A stretch of DNA of 64,000 bases from an uncultured Candidatus Saccharibacteria bacterium (GCA_964472495.1 CAYYLD010000001.1:21294-85293), one strand, 5' to 3'. Shown: positions 36,398-46,444, counted from the first letter of the stretch. A program made the numbers and translations. The notes: generated by a model not told the origin, from the letters alone.

Positions 36398-38530
36398 TTA
36401 ATCCCCGGGATTAAATTTGAATTCCTTCCTTTCTTTAAACTCTTGCTGTTTACCCATATTCCATTGACTAACCGGTCTTAAATATCCAACCACTCGGGAA
36501 TAAACTTCACAGGGTTGTTTAATAGTACATTTGGGACAGTAAAAATGTTCTCCGGCGATATAGCCGTGAGTAGGACAAATTGAGAAAGTAGGGGTCAGCG
36601 TAATATAGGGTAAATGGAATTTTTCAAAAATCTTCTTAATTAAATTCTTGACTGTTTGAATATCAGAAACTTTCTCTCCTAAAAAGAGATGGAGAACGGT
36701 CCCCCCGGTATACTGACATTGAATTTTATCCTGAAGTTCTAGGGCCTTAAACATATCATCGGTAGAATCAACCGGCAATTGAGAACTATTGGTATAATAC
36801 GGTAGTTTTTTGGTGCCGGCCGTAATGATATCTGGATATTTTTCTCTATCAATTTTTGCTTGTCGATAACTTGTTCCTTCGCCGGGAGTAGCCTCAAGAT
36901 TATACAGATTACCAGTTTCTTCTTGATATTTTATTAATCTCTGACGCATAAAATCTAAAATCTCCAGAGTGAATCTTCTTCCCCGTTGAGAAACAACATT
37001 CTCTTCAATGAAATTTAAAAGAGATTCATTCATTCCGATTAAACCAATAGTTGAGAAATGATTTCCAAAATAAGAACCTCTTACTTTTTTAACCGAAGCT
37101 AAGTAGTGTTTTGAATATGGATAGAGGCCTTTCTCCATAAAATTATCTAAGGCCTTTCTTTTAATTTCTAAACTTTCTTTGGCTAAATCCATTAAATGCG
37201 TCAATCTTTGGAAGAATTCCTTTTTAGTTTTAGAAAGATAACCAATTCTGGGCATATTTATGGTGACCACCCCAATACTTCCTGTCAGCGGAGCTGAACC
37301 AAAAAGACCGCCTCCTCTTTTATAAAGTTCTTTATTTGACAAACGAAGTCGACAACACATTGACCTGAAGTCTTCAGGATTCATATCAGATCGGACAAAA
37401 TTTTGGAAATAATTTACCCCGTATTTAGCCGTCGCTTCCCACATCGGCTCTAAGGCTGGTCTATCCCAATCAAAATCTTTGGTAATAGAAACTGTCGGGA
37501 TAGGAAAAGTAAACGGTTTGCCTTTGGCATCCCCTTTCATCAATACTTCATAAAAAGCCCGATTGACCATATCCATTTCTTCTTGAAATTGGCCGTAAGT
37601 TTCTCTTTTGGGCTGTCCGCCAATGATTACCGGCTGTTTAGCTAAAAAAGTTGGGGGGGTGATATCGAGAGTCACATTAAGAAACGGAGTCTGGAAGCCT
37701 ACTCTGGTCGGCACCATACAGTTGTATAAAAATTCCTGCATGGCCTGTCTAACTTGAGAATAATTCAAATTGTCATAACGAATAAAGGGAGCTAACAAAG
37801 TATCAAAATTTGAAACAGCTTCAGCACCGGCCGCTTCACCCTGAAGCGTATAAAAGAAATTAACTAATTGACCCAAAGCTGTCCTAAAATGTTTGGCTGG
37901 CCGGGATTCTAATTTTCCTGAGACGCCGCCAAAACCCCGCAACAACAAATCGTAAAGATCCCAGCCCATGCAATAGCAGGCCAGGGTCTCTAAATCATGA
38001 ATGTGAAAATCTTCGTTAGTGGCTGCCTCTCTTATTTCTTTTGGGTAAATTTTGTTTAACCAATATTTCTTAGCAACGGCAGCCATGCCATATTGATTCA
38101 ATCCCTGTAAAGAATAAGTCATATTGGCATTTTCCTGAATTTGCCAGTCAAGTTCCTGGATGTATCTATCAACCATTTCAGTTGATTCGTCTACAACAGC
38201 CACCGCTTCTCTAATTCTTCTCCTTTGTTCTCTATATAAAATATAAGCTTTAGCTGTTTCGACCAGGCCTTCTAAAATTAAAACTTCTTCGACAATATCC
38301 TGAACTTCTTCAACTTTAGGAACTTCTTCTTTTTTGAAACGGCGTTCCAGTAAATCCAATACTTTATCAGAAAGACGTTTAGCTTTGCGACCGTTACCCT
38401 GATGAGTGGCTGTTAAGGCCTTATAAATCGCCTGAGTAATCTTCTCTTGCTCAAAATCAACCACTCGACCATCTCTTTTAATAATCTTAACTATTTTGTT
38501 CTTAACCATCTTGCTAAGCAGCCCAGCCAA
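36398..38530 (-). CDS. nrdD: anaerobic ribonucleoside-triphosphate reductase
   Basis: ATP-cone N-terminus, a C-terminal Cys cluster CPKC...C, and the glycyl-radical motif SRVVGYLRPV. 710 aa. Confidence 0.85.
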   Translation of the reverse strand: MAGLLSKMVKNKIVKIIKRDGRVVDFEQEKITQAIYKALTATHQGNGRKAKRLSDKVLDLLERRFKKEEVPKVEEVQDIVEEVLILEGLVETAKAYILYREQRRRIREAVAVVDESTEMVDRYIQELDWQIQENANMTYSLQGLNQYGMAAVAKKYWLNKIYPKEIREAATNEDFHIHDLETLACYCMGWDLYDLLLRGFGGVSGKLESRPAKHFRTALGQLVNFFYTLQGEAAGAEAVSNFDTLLAPFIRYDNLNYSQVRQAMQEFLYNCMVPTRVGFQTPFLNVTLDITPPTFLAKQPVIIGGQPKRETYGQFQEEMDMVNRAFYEVLMKGDAKGKPFTFPIPTVSITKDFDWDRPALEPMWEATAKYGVNYFQNFVRSDMNPEDFRSMCCRLRLSNKELYKRGGGLFGSAPLTGSIGVVTINMPRIGYLSKTKKEFFQRLTHLMDLAKESLEIKRKALDNFMEKGLYPYSKHYLASVKKVRGSYFGNHFSTIGLIGMNESLLNFIEENVVSQRGRRFTLEILDFMRQRLIKYQEETGNLYNLEATPGEGTSYRQAKIDREKYPDIITAGTKKLPYYTNSSQLPVDSTDDMFKALELQDKIQCQYTGGTVLHLFLGEKVSDIQTVKNLIKKIFEKFHLPYITLTPTFSICPTHGYIAGEHFYCPKCTIKQPCEVYSRVVGYLRPVSQWNMGKQQEFKERKEFKFNPGD

Positions 38531-38640
38531 CAGACAACCCTTTTAAAAAAGGATTATCCTTGGTCAGTCAACTTTTATATTTATCAACAATAACTCTATT
38601 TTACTCCAATGACCAAAACTGGTCAAACTAATTCAAAAAG

Positions 38641-38676
38641 AAACAGCCATCCGAAATTGGCTGGCTGTTTCAATCA
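38641..38676 (-). terminator. Rho-independent terminator after ftsZ
   Basis: Minus strand: CAGCCA-gccaatttcgga-TGGCTG followed by TTTCTTTTTG. Confidence 0.55.
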
Positions 38677-38692
38677 ACTTATTTATCAAAAT

Positions 38693-39826
38693 TTATTTCA
38701 TCTTTCTTCTGATAAAAGCGGGAATATCCCATTCGCTTTCCGGCTCTTCCACCTCTTTGGGCTTAAATTCCATTCTCTTTCTCGTTTTTTCTTCAATCTG
38801 ATTAATCGGCGAAATATCCTGAATCTTTGGTTCGCCGGCTTTCCTCATCACCTCGTCAAAGCCCGTAGCGATAACGGTAATTTTAATCTCGCCTTTCTTC
38901 AATTTATCATCAACTACCGCTCCGAAAATGACTTTGGCCTCCGGGTCGACTGATTCAACAATTATCTTGGCCGCTTCGTTAATTTCGGCCATGGCCAAGT
39001 CTGGACCACCGCTAACATTAAAGAGAACTCCTTTAGCTCCGTCGATAGAAATTTCTAGCAAAGGCGAATTAATGGCTACCTTAGCCGCTTCAATGGCCCG
39101 GTCGTCGCCAGTTGCTCGACCGATACCCATCAAAGCTGAACCAGCATTCTCCATAATCGCTTTGACGTCAGCAAAATCAACATTAACAATACCAGGCGTG
39201 ATAACTAAGTCGGAAATACCCTGAACGGCTTGTCTCAAAACATCATCAACCACTGAAAAGGCATCGGTCAACGAAGTTTTATGGTCAATCACTGAAAGAA
39301 GTTTGTCATTAGGAATAGTAATTAAAGTATCAACTTTATCGCGTAACTGGTTGAGACCATCTTCGGCGATGCGCATTCGCTGGAGACCCTCAAAGGTGAA
39401 CGGTTTAGTGACCACAGCTACCGTTAAAGCGCCGGAATCGCGGGCTGCTTCGGCAATAATCGGACTAGCGCCAGTCCCAGTACCGCCACCCATGCCACAA
39501 GTAACAAAAACCATATCAGCTCCTTTGACCACTTGATGAATTTCGTCACGATTCTCTTCAGCTGCCTGACGGCCAAGTTCTGGATTCATACCGGCTCCCA
39601 GCCCTTTAGTTAGATTCTTGCCGATATGGAGTTTCTCTGATGAATTAACATGATGTAGATCTTGAGCATCGGTATTGATGGCCACAAAATCTACTCCGTG
39701 AATTTTACAGGCCATCATTCGAGAAATGGCGTTGCCACCGCTCCCGCCAATGCCGACCACTTTAATTTTAGCAAAAGTTTCGACAGCTGGTTTTACTTGA
39801 GCCATATGATTACTTAAGCAACTCAT
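38693..39826 (-). CDS. ftsZ: cell division protein FtsZ
   Basis: Tubulin signature GGGTGTG(A)SPIIAE and the T7 loop. 377 aa. Confidence 0.9.
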   Translation of the reverse strand: MSCLSNHMAQVKPAVETFAKIKVVGIGGSGGNAISRMMACKIHGVDFVAINTDAQDLHHVNSSEKLHIGKNLTKGLGAGMNPELGRQAAEENRDEIHQVVKGADMVFVTCGMGGGTGTGASPIIAEAARDSGALTVAVVTKPFTFEGLQRMRIAEDGLNQLRDKVDTLITIPNDKLLSVIDHKTSLTDAFSVVDDVLRQAVQGISDLVITPGIVNVDFADVKAIMENAGSALMGIGRATGDDRAIEAAKVAINSPLLEISIDGAKGVLFNVSGGPDLAMAEINEAAKIIVESVDPEAKVIFGAVVDDKLKKGEIKITVIATGFDEVMRKAGEPKIQDISPINQIEEKTRKRMEFKPKEVEEPESEWDIPAFIRRKMK

Positions 39827-39831
39827 TAAGC

Positions 39832-39865
39832 AACAATGAGGAGTTTATTGACCCTCCTCATTGTT
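39832..39865 (-). promoter_or_regulatory. perfect 12-bp stem hairpin between ftsA and ftsZ
   Basis: AACAATGAGGAG-tttattgacc-CTCCTCATTGTT, 6 nt upstream of the ftsZ start codon. No U-run, so not a classic terminator. The 3' arm embeds the ftsZ RBS. Confidence 0.5.
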
Positions 39866-39970
39866 CTCAACGGCCCTAAAATGTTTCTCCTTAAATTAGC
39901 ACAACTATTTTAATAAGGCAAGCTTTTTAAGTCAAGGGTATAATTTCGAGAGAGCTCCTTGAAATTATGC

Positions 39971-41218
39971 CTAAGGTAAAAAACCTCGGAACCATCCTTT
40001 AATTTTGTTAATTGTTGGAGCAACTGGAAATCGCCCTAAAGGAATAGTCCGCAGACGGCCACTTTTAAGTTGTTCATCTATACTCCAAAAAATTAAACCG
40101 ACGGCTGTGGCAAAAGCTGGGTCATCAACTTCCTCTACAATACCTTCTAATTCTAAGGGAAAACCCACTTGGGCTGGCAACTTCAATCCTTCTTTGGCCA
40201 AATCGACCAAGCCGGGTATTTTTGCCCCACCGCCCAAAAGAACAACGCCGGCCGGCAGCAATCCCTGTCGGTCAATCCGCTTCAGCTCTTTGTTGACCAG
40301 CTCAAAAATTTCACTTAAGCGAGCCTCGATTATTTCGGCCACCTGAATTCGAGGGACAACTCCTTTTTCCTGGTTAGCTAACTTAGATAAACTAATTGTA
40401 TCTTTCTTGCTAATTTCCGAGATTAGGGCTGTGCCATATTCTAATTTAACCCTTTCAGCTAAATCAATGTCGCTCCTTAAGCCGATAGCAATGTCGTTAG
40501 TAATATGAGAAGAACCGATTGGTAAAACACAACTATGAATGATATCGCCTTCTTCAAACACTGTCAAGCTGGCTGTACCGCCGCCCAGATCCAGAGCCAA
40601 AACGCCCAACTCTTTCTGGCGCTTAGTTAAAGCAGCCCGCGAGGCGGCCAAAGGGGCCAAAACTAAACCCTCTATTTCCAAACCAGCTTCGGAAATACAT
40701 TTGGTCAAATTCTTGATAAAGGGAGTCGCCCCCTCAATAATCAAAGTATCTACCTCTAATCTGACGCCGTTCATACCGACCGGGTCTTTAATGCCGATTT
40801 GGTCGTCAACCGAAAAAGAACGGGGGATAATATGAAGAATTTCCCGATTAGGTGAAATAGAGATGGCTGAAGCGGCATTGATGGCCCGTTCAACATCTTC
40901 TCGCGAAATCTCGCCATCAGCCCGAGAAACGGCCACTACGCCTTTACTGGTTCGAGAAGTAATATGATTACCGCTCAAACTGACATAGGCCCGTTCAATG
41001 GAAACCCCACTATTCCGCTCGGCCTCCTGGACTGATTGACTGATATTCTTGACTGCTTCTTCAATATCAACGACCACTCCTCGCCGCAAACCAAAAGAAG
41101 GTACCTGACTAACGCCAATAATCTGAGGCTTGGTCTGGTCAGCCCTTATTTTAGCGACAACTGTTCGAACAAAGCAACTACCGACATCTAAACCAACAAT
41201 GATAGTTTCTTTAGCCAT
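39971..41218 (-). CDS. ftsA: cell division protein FtsA
   Basis: Actin-like ATPase fold motifs (IVGLDVGS..., DLGGGT, LGGGAKIPGL). 415 aa, upstream of ftsZ. Confidence 0.85.
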   Translation of the reverse strand: MAKETIIVGLDVGSCFVRTVVAKIRADQTKPQIIGVSQVPSFGLRRGVVVDIEEAVKNISQSVQEAERNSGVSIERAYVSLSGNHITSRTSKGVVAVSRADGEISREDVERAINAASAISISPNREILHIIPRSFSVDDQIGIKDPVGMNGVRLEVDTLIIEGATPFIKNLTKCISEAGLEIEGLVLAPLAASRAALTKRQKELGVLALDLGGGTASLTVFEEGDIIHSCVLPIGSSHITNDIAIGLRSDIDLAERVKLEYGTALISEISKKDTISLSKLANQEKGVVPRIQVAEIIEARLSEIFELVNKELKRIDRQGLLPAGVVLLGGGAKIPGLVDLAKEGLKLPAQVGFPLELEGIVEEVDDPAFATAVGLIFWSIDEQLKSGRLRTIPLGRFPVAPTINKIKGWFRGFLP

Positions 41219-41705
41219 AATTCACTTTTTTTAATATTTTCTCTTCCATTGCCTTCATCTCTTTCGCTTCTTGTTTATTTTGCTCATGGTCATAGCCCAG
41301 TAAATGAAGTATCCCATGGATTAATAAAATGGTCAATTCCTTTTTTAAAGGATGACCTAAGCGCTTGGCCTGTTTCTTGGCTCGGGGATAGCAAATAATA
41401 ACTTCTCCCAGCCGCTTAATTTTGTCCGGCGGCTCAACAAATTCAATGTCTCGGCCTTTTCTCAAACGAGGGAAGGCCTTGGCTAAATAGGGTAAAACTG
41501 ATTTATCACCAAAAGCCAGGACATCAGTTGCCCGATTTCTCCCCCGATAGATTTTATTCAACTTTCTCATCCGGCCATCACCAACAATAGCCAAACTGAT
41601 TTCTGTCTTATCTTTAACCCCAACAGTTTTCAAAACAACTTCAGCTATTTTTTGAAACAGCTTCTCATCTATCTCATTCTGAGTAAAATTATGAATTTCC
41701 AACAT
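41211..41705 (-). CDS. ybeY: rRNA maturation endoribonuclease YbeY
   Basis: HGILHLLGYDHE zinc-binding motif. 164 aa. Confidence 0.85.
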   Translation of the reverse strand: MLEIHNFTQNEIDEKLFQKIAEVVLKTVGVKDKTEISLAIVGDGRMRKLNKIYRGRNRATDVLAFGDKSVLPYLAKAFPRLRKGRDIEFVEPPDKIKRLGEVIICYPRAKKQAKRLGHPLKKELTILLIHGILHLLGYDHEQNKQEAKEMKAMEEKILKKVNYG

Positions 41706-42952
41706 TAGTCAATGAATTTAAAAGTGGAAAGGATTTGGTCAAATTCCTCTCTATAACTTTCGGTAATCAATGCAAAAGATATTACTTTTTTATAGACATC
41801 ATGGTTTCCTAATGTGAAAGAGGATTTAGTTTTGTCTTCAAAATCTCCAACAATTGCGATAATCGGGTCTTCTCCTCTACTCCAAGCTCCCATACTCCAT
41901 GTTTTCCATTCTGATAGAAATCCAATTGTTTTATTATCATCAATAATCTTCTGATAAGTTATGAGTTCGCTTTTTTCTTCTCCTATAAACATTCTTGGCT
42001 CATCGTTTTTGATGGCTTCTTCAAAAGTTTCTCCCTGGATGTTTAAATTTCTTGACCAGGAATTGTTTGCTATCATGACATTTCCTTCTTTGTCATATAT
42101 AGCGCCGATGGTATAACCCATACCCTTCTTATAATCCCAATCCTTAGGATATTTTACTTCAAATCCATACTCTTCGTTGCGGTAAGTTTGCCAGTCGGCT
42201 GTGTCAGCTTCAATGAATTTAAAAGTGGAAAGGATTAGTTTTATCGTTTTCAACTCTGTTGAATCAGCTTTAAACCCGGGGAAAGGGAAATTTGTATCAA
42301 CATGTATAAATATCTCATGTCCATCGACAATGATTGGCTCCTCTAAAAACTGTATGCAGTAAATATATCCCTCGTCTATTGTATATCTTACTTTGGTACT
42401 AATACCACCAACAAGGATATCATCATCTACACGAACTCCGCCTCCTAATCCCGTACCCATATCGTAATGAACCCGTATATTCTTTTCGTCTTCGCGTCTT
42501 AACCCGAAATGGATAAAAAAATCTTCAGATACAGGAGAGAAAATAGTATATTTTACATAATCATAATCTTCGTTACCGACTGCGATTGGCATTGATTGGG
42601 CATCCGAAAAAATTTCTTCAGTTTTCCAATCCTCCGGATACTTCAGCTCAAACCCATATTCTTCATTCCGATAAGTCTGCCAGTCGGCTGTTTGGTCAGT
42701 TGGTTCTTCAGCCGGTTCTTCCTCGCCAGCCGTGGGCAATTCAACTGGTTCTGACTGAGGAGCGAAATAGTGATAAGCGCCGTAGCTGATTAAGCCGACT
42801 ATCATAACTGATAGAACCACAATCAAAACAGATGCCCACGCAGGCAAACCGGATTTTTGAGGCATCTCCGGCTGAATACTCGGTTGGGCCTGCTGCGATT
42901 CTTGGGGAATATTCGGCTGATTAGGTTGATTTGGTTGGGTTGATTGATCCAT
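41705..42952 (-). CDS. hypothetical membrane-anchored protein with Q/P/N-rich N-terminus and an internal tandem duplication
   Basis: N-terminus MDQSTQPNQPNQPNIPQESQQ, one TM helix, then two copies of a module starting ADWQTYRNEEYGFE(L/V)KYP(E/K)DW and ending ILSTFKFI(E/D). A 27-bp exact DNA repeat lies at about 41706 and 42214. Confidence 0.5.
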   Translation of the reverse strand: MDQSTQPNQPNQPNIPQESQQAQPSIQPEMPQKSGLPAWASVLIVVLSVMIVGLISYGAYHYFAPQSEPVELPTAGEEEPAEEPTDQTADWQTYRNEEYGFELKYPEDWKTEEIFSDAQSMPIAVGNEDYDYVKYTIFSPVSEDFFIHFGLRREDEKNIRVHYDMGTGLGGGVRVDDDILVGGISTKVRYTIDEGYIYCIQFLEEPIIVDGHEIFIHVDTNFPFPGFKADSTELKTIKLILSTFKFIEADTADWQTYRNEEYGFEVKYPKDWDYKKGMGYTIGAIYDKEGNVMIANNSWSRNLNIQGETFEEAIKNDEPRMFIGEEKSELITYQKIIDDNKTIGFLSEWKTWSMGAWSRGEDPIIAIVGDFEDKTKSSFTLGNHDVYKKVISFALITESYREEFDQILSTFKFID

Positions 42953-43040
42953 CGATTTAAGGATCGTCTTTTCGGATACGTCCTCGCTTACGGCGAGGGC
43001 ATAATCCTCAATGGCAATCCTTAAATCCGTATATCAGAGC

Positions 43041-43538
43041 TTAAGCTTTCCCAAGTTCTTCCTGAACAATTTTATTGACCAGATTTCCATCAGCTTTGCC
43101 CTTTAACTGGGTCATCAGCGCGCCCATAACTTTACCGGTATCCTTGGGACCACTGGCTCCCAATTCTTCTATTTTCTCCTTAACTAATTTACTGATTTCT
43201 TCTTCAGGCATCTGTTCGGGTAAATAACTGACCAAAATTTTTAATTCTTTTTTCTCCTGGTCAGCCAAGTCCTGGCGATTGCCTTTTTCATATTGTTCAA
43301 TGGAATCCTTTCGTTTTTTCGCTTCACTAGAAATAACTTCCGTGGTTTCCTCATCGGTCAACTTGCTCAATTTGTCCAATTTCTCCAAATCTTCTCCGCT
43401 TTTGCTTAATTTAGCTCTCTTTTCTTTTTCCTTATTAAAAACAGCAGCCATCAACATACGCAAAACCGAGACCTTTAATTGGTCCCTAGCTTGCATGGCT
43501 TTCTTGGTATCAGCTTGGATTTTTTCTTTAAGCGACAT
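43041..43538 (-). CDS. GatB/YqeY domain protein
   Basis: The N-terminus MSLKEKIQADTKKAMQARDQLKVSVLRMLMAAV matches the YqeY family. 165 aa. Confidence 0.7.
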   Translation of the reverse strand: MSLKEKIQADTKKAMQARDQLKVSVLRMLMAAVFNKEKEKRAKLSKSGEDLEKLDKLSKLTDEETTEVISSEAKKRKDSIEQYEKGNRQDLADQEKKELKILVSYLPEQMPEEEISKLVKEKIEELGASGPKDTGKVMGALMTQLKGKADGNLVNKIVQEELGKA

Positions 43539-43544
43539 TCAGAT

Positions 43545-43796
43545 TTATCTCCTTTTCCATTTGGGCTCCTCTTCTAAAAGTCCCATTTTTCTCAATTTCT
43601 CTTTTTCTTTGCCGATGCGGGTTCTCCTTAAGGCGCTGGCTCGTCTTTCTCGTTTAGTCTTCCCTCTTTCGCGGAATCTGGCTTTGCGAGCCCGAATCAA
43701 AATACCGCTTTGTTGGATTCTGCGGGTAAAGCGTCTTAACAAACTGCGAGGATTTTCTCGCTCCCTTTTTTTAACCTCAATAACCACATAAGTCAC
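43545..43796 (-). CDS. rpsU: 30S ribosomal protein S21
   Basis: 83 aa, highly basic, with LRRFTRRIQQSGIL...RKARFRE matching the bS21 pattern. Confidence 0.75.
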   Translation of the reverse strand: MTYVVIEVKKRERENPRSLLRRFTRRIQQSGILIRARKARFRERGKTKRERRASALRRTRIGKEKEKLRKMGLLEEEPKWKRR

Positions 43797-43802
43797 CTCC
43801 TT

Positions 43803-44372
43803 TTACGGTTTGATTTCTTTTTCCTTATCAATTAATTTAATCAGTTTTTCGACTAATTTTTGGGGGTCAGAATCGTAAACGATTTTACCTGGTCCTCGGT
43901 GAGAATTAGCGACAATTTCTTTAATCATATCAGCCGTACCACCGGTGCCGGTCAAAACGCCTATCGGCTTTCTGTCCTCAAAAGCGATACTGAATTCGTT
44001 CAGGGTACCCATCCGACCGCAAACAATGATGACCGCATCAGAAGAACGGGTCAAAAGCAAATTGCGGCCAGCGTATTCAAATCCGGTGTAAATAACTAAA
44101 TCATGGAAATCAACCGGCAGACGATATTTTCTCAAATGAGCTTTTTCGGAAGCAGCTGGCGAAAGACCGACAACGATACCGTTAACCTCTTTAGCTCCGA
44201 TAGCCGCCCAATAAGGAACGCCTGTGGTCGCTCCGGTAACCAAAACTCCATTTTGTTTAACAATCTGGCGGCCTAATTCTTTGGCTAAATCCAAGGCATT
44301 CTTGGAACAATGATTGGTTTCAGCCGCTCCGGAAACACAAATTTTGTATTTTAAGTATTTTTTCTTTTCCAT
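43803..44372 (-). CDS. TIGR00725/LOG-like Rossmann-fold (SLOG) protein
   Basis: GVLVTGATTGVPYWAAIGA...IVCGRMGTLNEF...GTGGTADMIKE resembles the LOG/DprA-like SLOG family. 189 aa. Confidence 0.45.
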   Translation of the reverse strand: MEKKKYLKYKICVSGAAETNHCSKNALDLAKELGRQIVKQNGVLVTGATTGVPYWAAIGAKEVNGIVVGLSPAASEKAHLRKYRLPVDFHDLVIYTGFEYAGRNLLLTRSSDAVIIVCGRMGTLNEFSIAFEDRKPIGVLTGTGGTADMIKEIVANSHRGPGKIVYDSDPQKLVEKLIKLIDKEKEIKP

Positions 44373-44391
44373 CTACTTTAGCTTACTATTT

Positions 44392-45789
44392 TTATCGCTT
44401 TTTGTCAAAAGAGAGGTCGATTACTTGGCCCGTTTCCGGCGCTTCGGCGGCTAATCCTAAATGGTCTTTAATCTTCTGGGTCAAAGCCAAGGCCGGTTTT
44501 TCCTCGCCCTGAACAACAAAGACTTTCTTGAGCGTCTTCTTCATCGGTCTAAGCCAAGCCAAAAGTGTTTCTTGGTCAGCATGAGCTGAATAACCGCCAA
44601 TCGCCCTAATTTGTATCTTAACCGGCACTGCTTGACCGAATATTCTGACTGTTTTTGCCCCATCTAAAATCTTTCGACCGATTGTCCCGGGAACCTGATA
44701 ACAAATAATCAAGAGAGTATTTTTCGGGTCGGCTAAATATATTTTTTCGTGATGTAAAATACGACCGCCGGTTGACATACCCGAACCGGCAATAATCACT
44801 TTAGGCGGCTTAGTTTGATTAATCGCTTTGGACTCGGGGACGGTTGGCGTCATTTTCAAACCGGGAAATTTAAAAAGATTATCGCCGGACTCAATCAGAT
44901 AACTGGCTTCCTGATTGAAATATTGAGGATATTTCTGATAAATTTGAGTCAATTCAATGGCCAGAGGACTATCAAGAAAAATAGGCAACTGAGGGATACG
45001 GTGATTTTCAACCAATTCGTTCAATTCGTAGAGAATTTCTTGAGTTCGTTCCAAAGCAAAAGTCGGAATAAGTAAGACACCTCCTCGGCTGACTGCCTCT
45101 TCAATCGTATCTTCTAATAAATCTTTACGCTGTTTTTTATCTTCATGGAGACGGTCACCATAAGTTGATTCAATAACGACATAGTCAGCCTGGTCAATAA
45201 ACTCGGTCGGTCTTAGAAGAGGTACCGGCGGATTACCCAAATCCCCCGAAAAAACTATTTTCCGCCAAGGGCGGACCCGCCTCTGGCGGGTTTCATCCTT
45301 TGCCCAAACCTCAATAAAGGCCGAACCTAAAATATGACCGGCCTCTCTGAAACAAAAAGAAATCTCTTCGTTTAACTTGATTTGTTCTCCGTAATCTACT
45401 CCTTGAAAAAGAGCTAAAGTTTGCTCTACGTCAGCTCGGTCAAAAAAAGATGGCTGACCTGTTATCTGGGCAATTTCCTGTTGAATTTCTTCGGCGTCAA
45501 AAAGCATTATCCGGCTAAAATCCTTAGTTGGCTTGGTGGCTAAAATTTTCCCCCGGAAACCTTCCTTGACCAAGCGGGGCAAACGGCCGATATGGTCAAT
45601 ATGGGCGTGAGTAATCAAAACGGCCTCGATTTCTCGAGGTGAATAAGGAAATTTTTGGCGATTCATCTTCCGAGCCGCTCCGCCACCTTGAAACAAACCA
45701 CAATCAACTAAGATTTTGGTTTGCTTGGTCTCCAATAAATAATTAACGCCAGTTACCCATCTGGCCCCACCGTAAAAATGTAGTTTCAT
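44392..45789 (-). CDS. MBL-fold beta-CASP RNA-metabolising hydrolase (CPSF/RNase-J-like)
   Basis: HAHIDHIG metallo-beta-lactamase motif near the N-terminus, and a length/domain order (MBL, beta-CASP, RMMBL) typical of bacterial beta-CASP nucleases. 465 aa. Confidence 0.7.
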   Translation of the reverse strand: MKLHFYGGARWVTGVNYLLETKQTKILVDCGLFQGGGAARKMNRQKFPYSPREIEAVLITHAHIDHIGRLPRLVKEGFRGKILATKPTKDFSRIMLFDAEEIQQEIAQITGQPSFFDRADVEQTLALFQGVDYGEQIKLNEEISFCFREAGHILGSAFIEVWAKDETRQRRVRPWRKIVFSGDLGNPPVPLLRPTEFIDQADYVVIESTYGDRLHEDKKQRKDLLEDTIEEAVSRGGVLLIPTFALERTQEILYELNELVENHRIPQLPIFLDSPLAIELTQIYQKYPQYFNQEASYLIESGDNLFKFPGLKMTPTVPESKAINQTKPPKVIIAGSGMSTGGRILHHEKIYLADPKNTLLIICYQVPGTIGRKILDGAKTVRIFGQAVPVKIQIRAIGGYSAHADQETLLAWLRPMKKTLKKVFVVQGEEKPALALTQKIKDHLGLAAEAPETGQVIDLSFDKKR

Positions 45790-45834
45790 TAACTTTATCC
45801 TATCAGAATCTTTTTAAAAATAAAAGCCATTATT

Positions 45835-45940
45835 AAAGGGCGTACCTTAAAAGTACACCCTTGCTCAACCATCACTCTTAAAATATTCCTTAATCAATAA
45901 ATTTTAGATGGAAAGGGTGTACTTTTAAGGCACGCCCTTT
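45835..45940. repeat. two copies of a 28-bp palindromic element (45835-45862 and 45912-45940), mutually inverted, 27/28 identical
   Basis: AAAGGGCGTACCTTAAAAGTACACCCTT versus the reverse complement of AAGGGTGTACTTTTAAGGCACGCCCTTT. Each copy is itself a hairpin (GGGCGTAC-cttaaaa-GTACACCC). Confidence 0.7.
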
Positions 45941-45952
45941 AAACCTAATTGT

Positions 45953-46444
45953 TTATATGTATTTGTCCGCCACATGAGAAGCGGCGTAAGATTCTGGCTT
46001 AATTTTAGCTTTAAAACCATTACCTCGAACCATGCCAACCACTTCTTTAATCATTTCCCGGGTCGGCCCGTTTTGCCCGACATCAATGTGAATTTGGAAA
46101 TCGTAGTTAGGTAAATCAGACTTAGTCAATGAGGTTTTTAATTGTTTAAGCATATCTTGAGCCACCTGTAAAGATAAAGCTACCTCCTGATAAATACGGT
46201 CGCGAAGCGTATGATAGATTCTATGTCCATTGGTCCTTTTCCAAAAATAGCGGCCGCCGTGACCAATCCGATAGACAATTACGGCCGTAACAAAATCAGC
46301 CCTCTTGTCACCATTAGAATCAGTGCCGACAACTAAGCGATATTTTGATTGATCATCTTGGCTAATAAAACTAGCTATTTCCTTGGTTACCCTGGTTAGT
46401 TGAAGACGACCCTTGGTTGGACTATGGAAAAAATCACTTTTCAT
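45953..46444 (-). CDS. DUF458/YkuK-like RNase-H-fold protein
   Basis: LVVGTDSNGDKRADFVTAVIVYRIGHGGRYFW resembles the YkuK family core. 163 aa. Confidence 0.5.
   Translation of the reverse strand: MKSDFFHSPTKGRLQLTRVTKEIASFISQDDQSKYRLVVGTDSNGDKRADFVTAVIVYRIGHGGRYFWKRTNGHRIYHTLRDRIYQEVALSLQVAQDMLKQLKTSLTKSDLPNYDFQIHIDVGQNGPTREMIKEVVGMVRGNGFKAKIKPESYAASHVADKYI

Noticed and set aside
38609-38953. Plus-strand 114-aa ORF overlapping the ftsZ 3' end and terminator
   Set aside because: Low-complexity translation, antisense to a well-supported gene, and it spans a terminator hairpin.
42953-43040. Hairpin CCTCGC-ttacg-GCGAGG between yqeY and the repeat-protein gene as a terminator
   Set aside because: It has only a 6-bp stem and no U-run on the transcribed strand.
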